Assembly (NCBI GenBank): GCA_000934665.2
Contig: JYFJ02003244.1
Location: 1-44,770 of the forward strand
Length of the DNA stretch: 44,770 nt
Direction of reading: 5' to 3'
Source: Catajapyx aquilonaris
Lineage: Eukaryota
The position numbers and the translations under genes were made by a program. Below, in pieces: positions 9,442 through 20,492 of this stretch; position 1 is the first letter of the stretch, and each line of letters begins with the position of its first letter. Below the pieces are notes generated by a model. It was not told where the DNA came from, searched no databases, and worked only from the letters and a program-made list of their open reading frames with translations.

Positions 9442-12185
9442 ATGGATGCGGTTGCAGGTGCTGCGGAAGCAGGCGATGGAAGCTGTGACCGGAGGGATTC
9501 GTCCGTGTCCGTTATGGTGGTGGAGGACTTCTACCACCGGATGGGGAGGACCAAGAATGCTGAGGGAGATGGAGGAAGCAACAAGCGACAGATCAGCATC
9601 TTTGAGTTGGCACTTCTGGGTGAGTTGGAAGTTAACATCGAAGGAAAGTGCTGGAAAAATCAATATTGTATCATTAGAGGAGCACCGATTATTTTGTAGA
9701 TTCCCTCTCAAAACTAAAAAAATTCAATTCGCTTTTGTAATCAATAGGCAAAAAGGCAATTGCCTAAGGGCGGCCAGGGGGTAAATCTGGCGCTGTTTGT
9801 CACATACAATATCAAAGCAATTCAATCCATTACAATTCATGCAAGCGGTATACCATGTACACGAATTTGAACAGCATGTTAACTTTTTTAAATATGGCAA
9901 TCACACCGAAGCAGGTTGGTGTAGGGGATAAGGAGCCCGCCTGCTAATCGGGAGGTCCTGGGTTCGAATCGTGGGGCCGGCGACCCAGACCATGGTTTTC
10001 TGTGGTTTTCCATGGTCCCCCCAGGACAATTCCGGGGTCGGTTTCGTAAAAATAGGCCACAGCCGCTTCCTTCCTTCCCTATCCCTGGTTCCATCCAATG
10101 GTGGTAATCCACCCCCCTAAGGGAGCCAAAGGCTCTAGCACGGGGTATGATAAATAAATAAAAAATAATATTAAAAAAATAATAATAATAAAATAAAAAA
10201 AAATATGGCAATCACAATATTGGCAATAAAATAATTATGTCAATTGCCTTCCATTAGGGCTGTCCAAGATGGTGGGTGCTGGCATATATGTCTTGGGAGG
10301 CTCGATAGCAAAGGACTTTGCCGGACCAGCCTCGACACTTTCTTTCCTTCTGGCTGCTGCATTGGTGATGCCATCTGCCCTCTGCGGTGCTGAACTAGCC
10401 TCATATCAACCTCGGGCCAACTCTGTGTATGCATTTGTGTACATCACTGTTGGAGAATTCCTAGCATTCTTTGTTGGTTGGACTTCGCTGCTACGAAGTG
10501 CTATGGGTATGTTTTAGGTGATCAATTGGTGCCATTTTTTTCATTAATAAGATGTTGAATCTTGGTATTGCGTCATACAGTTTGGTGTTATAAAATACTT
10601 CTTGTTGGAAGGACTGATTTTTTATGTAATTGCCTGTACAATTTTTAAAATGCTGAGGGAACTCACTTATAATTCACTGTTACCTTCTTGAAAAATCAAA
10701 GCCATGAATTGCACGTTCTTCCTTTACACACATGATTAGTGCAATACTAGAACCATCACTTACTGAATTAATTTGTTCTTCCAGCTTCAGCAGCTGTTGC
10801 ACAAGCCTGGAGTGGATGCTTAGACTTTTTGCTTGATCATAGGCTCACCAGCTTTGGGTTGCACCTGACTTCGCAGATGCCATTCGTAACTCACCTTGGG
10901 CTGCCTGACCCACCAGATATACCAGCTGCTGCCTTCATCCTAGTCATTGCCGTGGCCAGCGTGGCCTCTCGAGGAATTTCATCCAAGTTTGGCTGGGCAT
11001 TTGGTGCTGCCATTCAAGCATTGAACTTGTCATCAGTGCTTCTGGCCATGTTCCTTGGATTCTTTTGGGGTGACCTGGCTAACTGGGCTGAATATGCCCC
11101 ACATGGATGGCGTGGGGTGGCTGGCGGTGCTGCGTCTGCCCTGTTCGCATTTGGAGGATGGGATGCCATGCTGGGTGCCAGTGGAAGGACAACGAAGCCT
11201 GCAGCATCAGTTGCCATAGCAGTAGCGCTGGCAGCATTGCAGTACATTGGGTTTTGTGCTGCTTTGACTCTCTTGGTGCCATGGGATACTGTGGCACCAG
11301 CTGCTTCCTTCCCTGAAGCTCTGAAGTGGTGCCTGAGCAATGGGTTGGCCTCAGTGATGGTGGCAGCAGGGTCTCTTGGAGCCATGTCGGCAACTCTGTA
11401 TGGTGCTGTGTGCCAAGGGAGTGCTGCACTGAGGGCCCTGGCAGCTGATGGTTTGATACCAACCGTACTGCCTACACTGGCAACTGGCTGTATTCCAGCA
11501 GCCATTTTGGCAGCACTGGTATCACCAACAGTCCTGATCCAGTTGCTCTCATTGTGTACGCTGGTGTCATATGCTGCCACCTGCGGCACCTTACTCCTGG
11601 CTCGGATTCCCAAACAGAACTCTCTGGCCCTTCCAGGCATAGCAGTGACTTTACTTGGCCTGTCAGGTGGTTCTGGAGCATTTCTTCTGCGGCATCATTT
11701 ACTGGAGGGTCACTGGCCCACATTCATGGCTGGGATCGGAGCTGCTTTTGTTGCATTTGCAAGTAAGGGATCATAACCTAGACATTTTGCAATTGTCACC
11801 TATCCACCTTAACTGTGCTATTCTTTTTTAAGGCATTGCTATATTGTGGATGATGCAGCTTATGGGAGGATCAGTAGGGCCAAAATGGGAGGCCCCGTCA
11901 TTCCAAATGCCCCTGGTGCCCCTGTTGCCTTCAATTCTCCTGTGCTTCCATGTTGGTTTGGCCACATTTTTGCAGCCACTGGTCTGGTTTCTGTATGGAA
12001 TCTGGACCTTGCTTGGTATGTTGATTCTCTTCATTCATGTGACGCATGTTGACATAAGGCTTCTTGCAGGTGTGGTTGTGTACCTGACTTACAGCTGCAT
12101 TCACAGTAAGCAAGTGAGTGAATCAAAATTACCAGCACATGCAGAGATGAGACGGGACAGTATGGACCGAGCATTTGGAGCATAG
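9442..12185 (+). CDS. Divergent cationic amino acid transporter (SLC7 CAT / APC family; ~567 aa, 5 exons)
   Basis: Exons 9442-9619, 10258-10506, 10785-11762, 11833-12015 and 12070-12185 (1704 nt). Motifs: KRQISIFELALLG-LSKMVGAGIYVLGG..AGPA..LSF, ALCGAEL, YAFVYITVGEFLAFFVGW, ALAADGLIP and C-terminal FQMPLVPLLP. The start codon could instead be 9514. Confidence 0.88.
9906..10200 (+). mobile_element. tRNA-derived SINE, full length with 16-bp target-site duplication
   Basis: A box TGGTGTAGGGG, B box GGTTCGAATC, body with TAGGCCACAGCCGCTTCCTTCC and an (AAT/AAAT)n A-rich tail at ~10150-10200. It is flanked by identical AAATATGGCAATCACA at 9890-9905 and 10201-10216 and lies in intron 1 of the CAT-like gene. 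Confidence 0.92.
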
Positions 12186-13039
12186 GTAAGATATAGCTCT
12201 TCTATCTGTGAGACCTGCACAGAAGAGTACTGCGACTTTCAGTATATCACGCAGTCCTTTTGCTTAGGTTTTGGTGTTGAAGAAGGCATTGTCCTAGAGA
12301 TGAGTAACATAGAGGGCAGTCTAAGAATATCAAGAACTTGCCATGGTTGACTGACATTTATAATTTTCTTGAGAAGAATTGTCTGTGATCTGAATAAGTC
12401 TGAACTGAATTTGTATTGGAGCATTTTTACAATGGAGATGCCAATAAAAATTTGTGACTTAATCATGAAGTGTTACACGTATTTCCTTACGCTTCTTGAT
12501 TCTGGTGTACAGTACTGTAAATCGTGTACTCTGAAGTTGTAACAAAGAGCACTTGTGGGAAATAGTAAATATTATTCATGCAGAGTAAGTGGAGTGAAAT
12601 GAAGTGGTCAATGCCTGGCATTCCTATATGAAGTCCATAATAGGTGGAGACAGTTTGCAATTTTGATATGGTCAGTTGCATTTTACTAGTTACTTCATCT
12701 GCTTAATAGTGTTGTCAGCTCTTCTATTCACAAGAATGACATTTGAATAAAAACAGCTACATATGACAACGGAGAGCTCTGTTACAAACCTTGAGAAAAG
12801 CACTAATAACTATGGGCTGGCAGTTTATTATTTTGTCTCCCCACCCAACCCATGTGATATACTGAGCTCATTCTCAAAGCAGTACTTAACGATCACTAAT
12901 ACAACTCATGACCATGAATTGTCTCACTAGACATTCCACATATACCAGCAATTACATGTTGATTAAGAGGCAGCAGCAACTGTCTGCAATTACAACAAAT
13001 TATCAGGTGCATGTTACTGACCATATCCTTAAAGACAAG

Positions 13040-13147
13040 GGGTGGTATTTTCGTCCCACTGCTAATTACTGCTAACTTAGCAGTACCATTGCCAACACTG
13101 GCCCTGCTAAGTTTGCAGTAACTAGCAGTGGGAGGAAAATTCCACCC
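13040..13147. mobile_element. ~100-bp palindromic MITE-like element, copy 1
   Basis: GTGGTATTTTCGTCCCACTGCTAATTACTGCTAACTTAGCAG...CTGCTAAGTTTGCAGTAACTAGCAGTGGGAGGAAAATTCCAC forms a near-perfect hairpin; a second copy is at 44283-44377. Confidence 0.85.
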
Positions 13148-15164
13148 AAGGAAGTGCTGGCCCATTTATTCAGATCTGCTGTTGTTGTCCCTCCAAGAAT
13201 TGTGATCTTGCGTATAAATTATTATTCATTTTAATTGGACATTTTTTTAAAATCATTGCATGGGTGCCAAAGACCTTCAGTAACATAATAACCTGCCTTA
13301 TGAATTACGGCCAATTAAGACTGGCATATATCCCACTTTTTTCCTAATGTTGCACAACTACTTTCTTGGACCACTTTCATTGGTGTTTCTCCTGTTTTGT
13401 TACCTGCCTTGACCGTGATAGGTCTCTCTCATTCCTCACCAGTGTGTGCTTGTGAAATGAGTACTGCATAGACAAAGTACAGTATACTGGGACACTTACC
13501 AGTACCCAACCATACAGTTGTACCTGTAACTACATTTTTATTACCATCATCACCATACTGCTAAACTGCTACTACTGTATTACAATTGCTCTTTTTGCTC
13601 ACTCTCCAATTGCATACTACTCAAGGAAAATGTAGGCAATCACAGGTGGAAGGTTTTAGGTGGCCACATTTTTGGAGACTAGAAGACAAGTCTCTTTCCT
13701 TTGCTTGAGGGAGTATTGGCAAATGTGCAATTTAAAAATGGTAAATTTAAATTTTAAAACTTTGTTAGCCACTTTCATGTGTATTGAATCCCATTTGTGT
13801 AAGTGAAAAAGCCAATTGAGTTGCAACATTTTACATATTGTGACTACATAGGGGCCAATAATAATAATCAATAGAAATACAGATCCTGACTTCCAAAAAA
13901 AAGTCAGAAAAACTGCCATGTCACTGCTCATCTTGGCCAATGATACACTTTTGTTACAAAACAGAGGAGAAAATTATCACAAACAGATAATGATTCATTG
14001 GCTGCTGGGTACTGCACCAAGTTTCACTTGAATATATTTCTGTTATTAGAGGGCTACAGGGCAACTTGGTACATACGTATCTTATGATTCAGAAGTGAGC
14101 TCACATTTGTACTTGTGGAAATATCATGGGTGCTCACACCTGTGAATTCACCTTCAAGTTGGATGTGCAATCATGGTCCCATAATTATATGTGCTTTCCA
14201 GTGATGCATGTAACTCATTGCCACACCCGTGGGGAGGTGAGGTGCCAAGAATGAGTGGAAATGAGCATCTATGGCATGTTTATCAATGTGTATGAGCTCA
14301 ATTCTGAAACACGTGGTATAACTCCTACTGTCTAATCTAGGTAAATGAATCATTTCATGTAGCATCACTTGAGTTGTTGTGTAATATTTCAAAAATATAC
14401 CAGCACAACCTTGAAGTTCAGGCACACCTATACCATAACCATTGAAGACATCACCTTTTCTCACTGCCCCTCAGCATGATGTAATATGCGCAAGTTTTTT
14501 TTGTCGTGTCCAACTCAGTTTTCCTGCTTTCATAGTATAAAATATTGCACAATCCGTGATTTCTGATGTATCATTGAAGTTTGTGTGCCTGTCATGTTTG
14601 AAAAAATTCTTCCCATTGCAACATACGACTAAAATATTAATTCAGGACCACCATGCCATTGTGTTACGCTCTACAGCTATTGCAACACGTTCACCTGTTT
14701 ATTTCAGGCTCAGTGATCCATCACCTCGGGTTACTTATCTAATCTGCATATTCTGCTTGCCAATTGAGGTCAGTTCCATTGACGAGTCATTAAAAACAAG
14801 CTTGCGACCCAGCTGGTTGCATATGTAGACCGCAACCTGCTGTGGCTGCTTTTCATTCCCACTTGCCAGGAATGAACACAATTCGCAAGTGAAATGAAAG
14901 AAGCACACCTGTCATCACATGTGACAATAAATGAGACAACATGTGTGACTTAATACGTCCCGCATTTTTATTTCCCGCTGTACAAAAAAAACAAAAGTCT
15001 GCTTGCACCAAGTCGACTAAAGATGAATGCTTGAAGAAGAGGGAAGGCTTTCCCCTGACATAGGAATGAAGGTCACTTGAGCATGGAGGATCCCGTCTGC
15101 CAAATGAATCAGGTCAATTAACAAATGCCCCCCAACAAATGAAAGTATGACCTCTTTTTTGTTG

Positions 15165-18100
15165 TCAAGAAGCACATACCTTCCTCAAGGTACCCTGGGA
15201 ACAAAAGGTACGTATGGCCAGCATCAGAGCCTCCCTTGGGTCCTCTGTGGTCTCTGCTGAATGTGGCATTGTGTTCCATCGGGCGGATGCTGATGACATA
15301 TTGGATTGGGGAGAAGTTGGTGACAAAATGACAGGTGGAGGTGGAGGAGGTGGAGGCAATGGTGGCTCCTCTGGGGATGGTTCTTGTTGCCTCCGCCTCT
15401 CATGATCTGCTCTCTGCTGAATGTACAGAATGCACAGTATGATTGTGTGTTGATCTGTTAGTCGTATGTGGGTAATTCACCTGTTCTAAATCATGCAATT
15501 GGCATTTAGTACATAAAGACTACCTCCAGTAGGTTATCAAAAATCTCCTGCAGTTTCTGCCTTCGCAAGCTTAGTTTAGACTAAAGCCCTACACCCGACA
15601 CGATGTGCAACAAGCTCACCTTATTCGCAGCACTAGCACTGAAGACATTCTGCGCACTGATGTGATTTCCAACCTTGCTCCCTGACCAGTTCACTCGAAC
15701 CACTGGAGCCCTACTGACCACAAACGATGGCTGAGGATTAGATGGTTGCAAAACAGGTGGTGGTTCCGGGGTTGCCACACGTGGTTCTGGTGTCTCCACT
15801 CGTGGTTCTGGGGATGGTGTTGATGGCTCTGGTTGCTGCCTCATAACCTCAGGCTGTTGCCTTGATGTTCCCAGGGCAGCACCACCGAGGACATAATCAC
15901 TGTCTGCCTTGAGGCTGACTACCCGTTTTGGCCTCTCATCCCACGAACCAAGTTGCACTGTTGGTGGTGTCCAACGTTGACTGACTCTGGCAGGTGGTGC
16001 CTCGGCTGTTGGTTTCTGTGCTTCTGGAGGTGCTGCTGATGACTGCAACAGGGTGTGGTTACGGAGCAGTTGCTGCTGCCACTTCATGAGCTCTTCCCGC
16101 AACTCACACAACTCTGCCTGAAGCTGGTCATCTTCCTCTTCTTTCTGAACAGCACCTTTCTTCGTTTCTTTGCTCTTATTGCGTGTTTCCGCTGATATGT
16201 TGTTCATGGCATTTTCAAGTGGAGGAGGATCTTTCATGACTGGAATGCTTGAGCTCTGAGGATTATCTACATGCTTCTTCTCCTTTACAACAGGTGAAGA
16301 TACAGCAGGGGTTATCACAGGTGGGGTTGCCATTTCTGGAGGCACCACTTGCGGAGGCACAACTACTGGACGCACAACTACTGGAGTGACCATAGGTGGA
16401 GGTACAACTGCTGGAGGCACCACTGGTGGAAGAGCAACTTGTAGAGGTACCTCCTCAACATGTGGTGGTGTTCCTTGGAGATGTTCCGTAGATTTCGTCG
16501 CTTTGGATGGTGGTTCTTCCTGTAGCACTTCTGGTACAGTGTGATTTTCGTTGTTGACATGACTATTGTCTTCTTCCTCTTGAGCAGCAGCCAACTGTTC
16601 CAAAAGGGCCTGCTGTGTCTGGAATCGCCTCAGTTCCAGTCCAGACCACAGTGACCCTTCCACTTCCTCTTCATTCTCTTCCTCAACTGTACCTTCCTCC
16701 TCCACTGGTGGCTCCTGACAACGATGGTTATCCTGGAATGGCGTTGGAGGCTCTGGAATAATGACTTCCTCCGTTTCTTCATCTTCCAATATGCTGCCTT
16801 CACCTCTTTCAACCACATTCACTTCCTTCTTCTCTTTGAGGGACCACACTTCCTCATCATCTACCTCCAAATCATCTTCTGGCTTTACATAACACAACAG
16901 TCCATCATGTGCACTTGCATCACTAACAACTTCATGGACCTCTGAAGGCACACCCTTTTCTTCCTCCTCTTCAACTTCTTCCTCTTCTCGATCACGCTGC
17001 TCTATTTCCTCCTCATCAGAGAATTCCTCACACTGCTCTTGAGTCTCTCGATCTAAATTGTGGGAGAAAAAAACCACATAAGCTTGCACATCCTTCTGAG
17101 TGGTGCTCATGTTCAAGCACAGTGAAGATTAAGTGCAGAAATAAGGAAACCTGATTCAGATTCAAGAGAAAAGAGGGAGTCGCATTCCCTTGCCCAACTC
17201 GCTTCATCATAATCATTGGTGCTGTTAGTAGTAGCAGTGGGAAGGAATATAGTGCGTCCTGGAGTGAAGGAACAAAAACATCTAAAGAAGTGTTAGTGTA
17301 CTACGGTACATGCTTTCCATCCACACACTGCATTAGTGGACCAAGAGCTTTTTTCCAAAGGGCAGGAAACAATTTGGATGCTCTTAAAGCATGAGTTATT
17401 ACCAAGGAAAATGTCAGATTACTTGTTTAAAAATTGCACTTTGGAAACAAGCGTTTCCCTGTGAAAATACCAAGGCCACAGGAAATATTACCAGGAGGAA
17501 CGGGTGGAGGGGGAAGCTCTGGAGATGCCTCCACAGTCGTGTGCACCACTGAAGCATGGGAATCTGCTACTGGTGGAGGTGGGGGTGCCCTTGACTTCTT
17601 CCTTGTTGCCAGTGATGCCATTGAAGCAGAGGAGGTGGTGAGGAGGCTGCTGGATCGTTGAGCATGCCTTACGGGTGGAGGAGGAGGTGCGTTTCCTCTG
17701 GCTCCTCCAGCAGTGCCTGCCAGGGGTGGGGGAGGTGGGGATGGGGAGGATCCAGCACCATTGACTGGAGAATCGCTGCTGAGAAGGGATGCCTCATGGT
17801 AGCCGCTGGAATCTGAGGACTGCCTGGAATGATTGGCCATCACCGGTGCGCCACCAGCAGCACCAGCTGGTGGGGGTGGGGGAGCCGGGCGCTTCTTGCG
17901 CCTGCGAGGGGGAGGTGATGGTGCCCTCCTTGGAAGCGTTGTCGGAGGAGTTGGAGATGCACTGCTACCACTTCCACTGTCGCTGCTAGCACTCTGAAAA
18001 AATATGGTCGATGTAAATATCCCAGTACACAAATGCCTTCCCACATACAGAACAATTCCACAATGATAAGGTGTTCACTAACCGACGCCACTGAAGCAGG

Positions 18101-19509
18101 TGGCCTTCTCCTAAGTGCCAGAAGGTCTTCCCTTGAAGCTGCATACAATCTCGCATCTTCATCCGCATCCGACTGCTCCGGAAGCAGGAGAAGGCGCTGC
18201 AAAGGCCCCAAAAGTGCATCTCCAGGAAGCCTCCTCCGAGGTTCCTCTGGAAGGCGAAGGGTGTACGCCCTTGCGTCCAGGCCCTTCTGGTTGCACACAG
18301 TGGTCAGAACCTCTGCCAGGGGCGTCTCCGGAGTCAACCTGAGGACGGCCATCTGCTTCCTTGGCAACAGCACCTGCAGACGGTGGGACTTGGCCACCAT
18401 GTGAGATGACATTGTGTTGGACACTGACGGCAGGGAAGGCGCTGGTCGGCGAGTGGACGTCCGTCGAGGCCTCAGCACCAGGACACAACCCGAGTCAAGT
18501 GTCCCAACTGGAGACGACGGCGCAAACGGCGGAGGAGTAATGCTGTCCTGTCGTCGAAGCTGACCGACGTACGCCGTGGGGCTCTGACCGTGTGCTGTCG
18601 CAACCTAATAAAAGACGTGTCCTTGTAGTTTCCCAGTTGGACAACCCCGTCCAGACAGTCACCTTTCCAACGCAAACTGCTGGTATTTCGTATCAAGCAC
18701 CCTGCACTTCGATACCTGACGTATCCGATAAGAGATATCTCAGGCGTCAACAGGATGACTTATCACCGATTATCCGCCTGCAACTGATGTAAATCCAGAG
18801 ATACATGCTCCAATTAACCGCTCAAGGGTCCTTATTGGTGCCAATAACAAGGTCGAAACCCGCGCTGTCTACACAGCCTTGTATGTCGATATGCTTCGAT
18901 GACCTATTGATTGAGAGGCCAAAAAAAAAGACGCCCATACCTCATAATTGCAGGGTGTACCTAAATATCCAGCAGGATTTAAACTCGAATGCATTAAACT
19001 TTATCGCCGTAGTAATCAGCTTCACTAAGCAATAATTAATGTGCACCTGACCTTGAGGTATGACAAGCAACATTGGAATGGGGGAGCTGGTATGCCGCCG
19101 CGGTGGGGAGGTAAGAGTAAAACAAATTACATGATGGCGAAGGTTACATAATGAAAAGGAAGTGGAGCGGGTTTTCAATTCAACATCACGATTTAATACT
19201 TTACGTGGCTACCGGTACGTTTCAGTGCGCCAGATCTAGATCCCCGATACGATGTGCAAATTGGGCGAGAACCATTTTTCACTGCAAAGTGAATGGCTAC
19301 TGGCGGTACCAACCCAGCGGGTTATTACCCAGTATAATGACCAGACAGTTAGTACCAACCTGCACCAAGACGTCCATCATTGGCATGGATCGTGGCACCC
19401 TGACCGCAGAAGTCTCCTTTTGCCATGGCAGCTCCACCGACACTTCCATCATGCCGTCCAGGTCTTCAGACGACGACGCCGACGACGCCCTCATCACTGC
19501 CGACGACAT
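15165..19509 (-). CDS. Cordon-bleu-like protein (N-terminal Cobl/ubiquitin-like domains, Pro-rich and acidic middle, C-terminal WH2; ~988 aa)
   Basis: Exons 19509-19360, 18604-18083, 17993-17492, 17258-17151, 17052-15620 and 15416-15165 (2967 nt, frame consistent). MMDVLVQVATAHG and HRLQVLLPRKQMAVLRLTPETPLAEVLTTVC resemble the Cobl homology region. KKRPAPPPP and KKSRAPPPP are KrRAPpPP-type motifs, and DPREALMLAIR..TLRKV is a WH2. The last codons are uncertain because of a possible donor at 15179. Confidence 0.8.
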
Positions 19510-20395
19510 TCTGCACACACAAACAATATTTTTTTAAATCAAGTCCAGTTCGTGATGCGTCTTAGGAATCCGTGCAAGTCACGTCATCGCATGCCGATGC
19601 GCAGGTGACATCACCTGCACTTTCGCATTATATCAACAATTCCGGTACCCGCAGGTGTACTGGCAAAATGTCGAATTTTTGACACTGTGAGCCTATAATA
19701 ATTTACCTTTCCTTCCCAAGAAACGGCTCAAGGTAACGTTTACGTAACTAGTAACATTACGTACATTAAAAAATCCCTTGCAAACTAGTTGCTGGCTCAA
19801 TCTCCGTATGCACGATCGTGACTGGCACCTGTACCGGTTAGAACAAACCCGTCAAAAAAAATGCTCATGAATAAATCCAGACTAGTTTGTCAAATGACGT
19901 GCGCACAATGCACCGTATGCAAATCGGAAAATTTAAAATAAAAAAAATTAAAGACGGGGGTCCACACCGTTGTGTAACCGCGGATCCGAAAAAACGTGCT
20001 CTTTTCGCCTCGAAGAAGAGTCTGAAACGATGCGCGACGGACTGGGAAAGAGGGCAGAGTGGCTTCCCATACGAAAAGCATACCGTAAACCCCAAAAGGA
20101 TTTCATTAATCCCAAACCTAGAGGTGAACGCACTTAATTCGCACATCGTTTTTTGCACACAAAAATATTTAAAGTCGGGTCCCCCCCCAGGAATGTGAAT
20201 CATAGGACGGAACAACAAGCAAGAAGCAGCAACAAAAAATAATCATATATACGGCGAAGAAGTTGCAATTAGGAGAGCGGTCCTTGGCCCGAATGGTAGG
20301 TGGCTACGCCCTTTTGCCGCCCGTGACGATGCGTGGCCAGCGTGACCGCATCTCATCCCCACTGAACAAACCATTCACCTCCTCCGATCGGGGAT

Positions 20396-20492
20396 AATTA
20401 GAAAAAAGAAGCCGTATCTGCACATATTCGGAAGAACACCGTATCTGCACAATTAGGAAGAAAGTCGTATCTGCCAGATACGGCTTTCTTCC
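20396..20492. repeat. Three ~27-bp direct repeats plus one inverted copy
   Basis: The core GAAG(N)..CGTATCTG(CAC) occurs three times and is followed immediately by the reverse-complement copy CAGATACGGCTTTCTTCC. Confidence 0.7.

Noticed and set aside
9242..9784. 180-aa ORF
   Set aside because: It overlaps the CAT-like first exon in the wrong frame; the 9442 frame carries the family motif.
9911..9985. Possible tRNA gene
   Set aside because: The cloverleaf is imperfect, and a body, A-rich tail and TSD follow, so it is a SINE head. The same applies at 1045-1115 (no TSD seen there).
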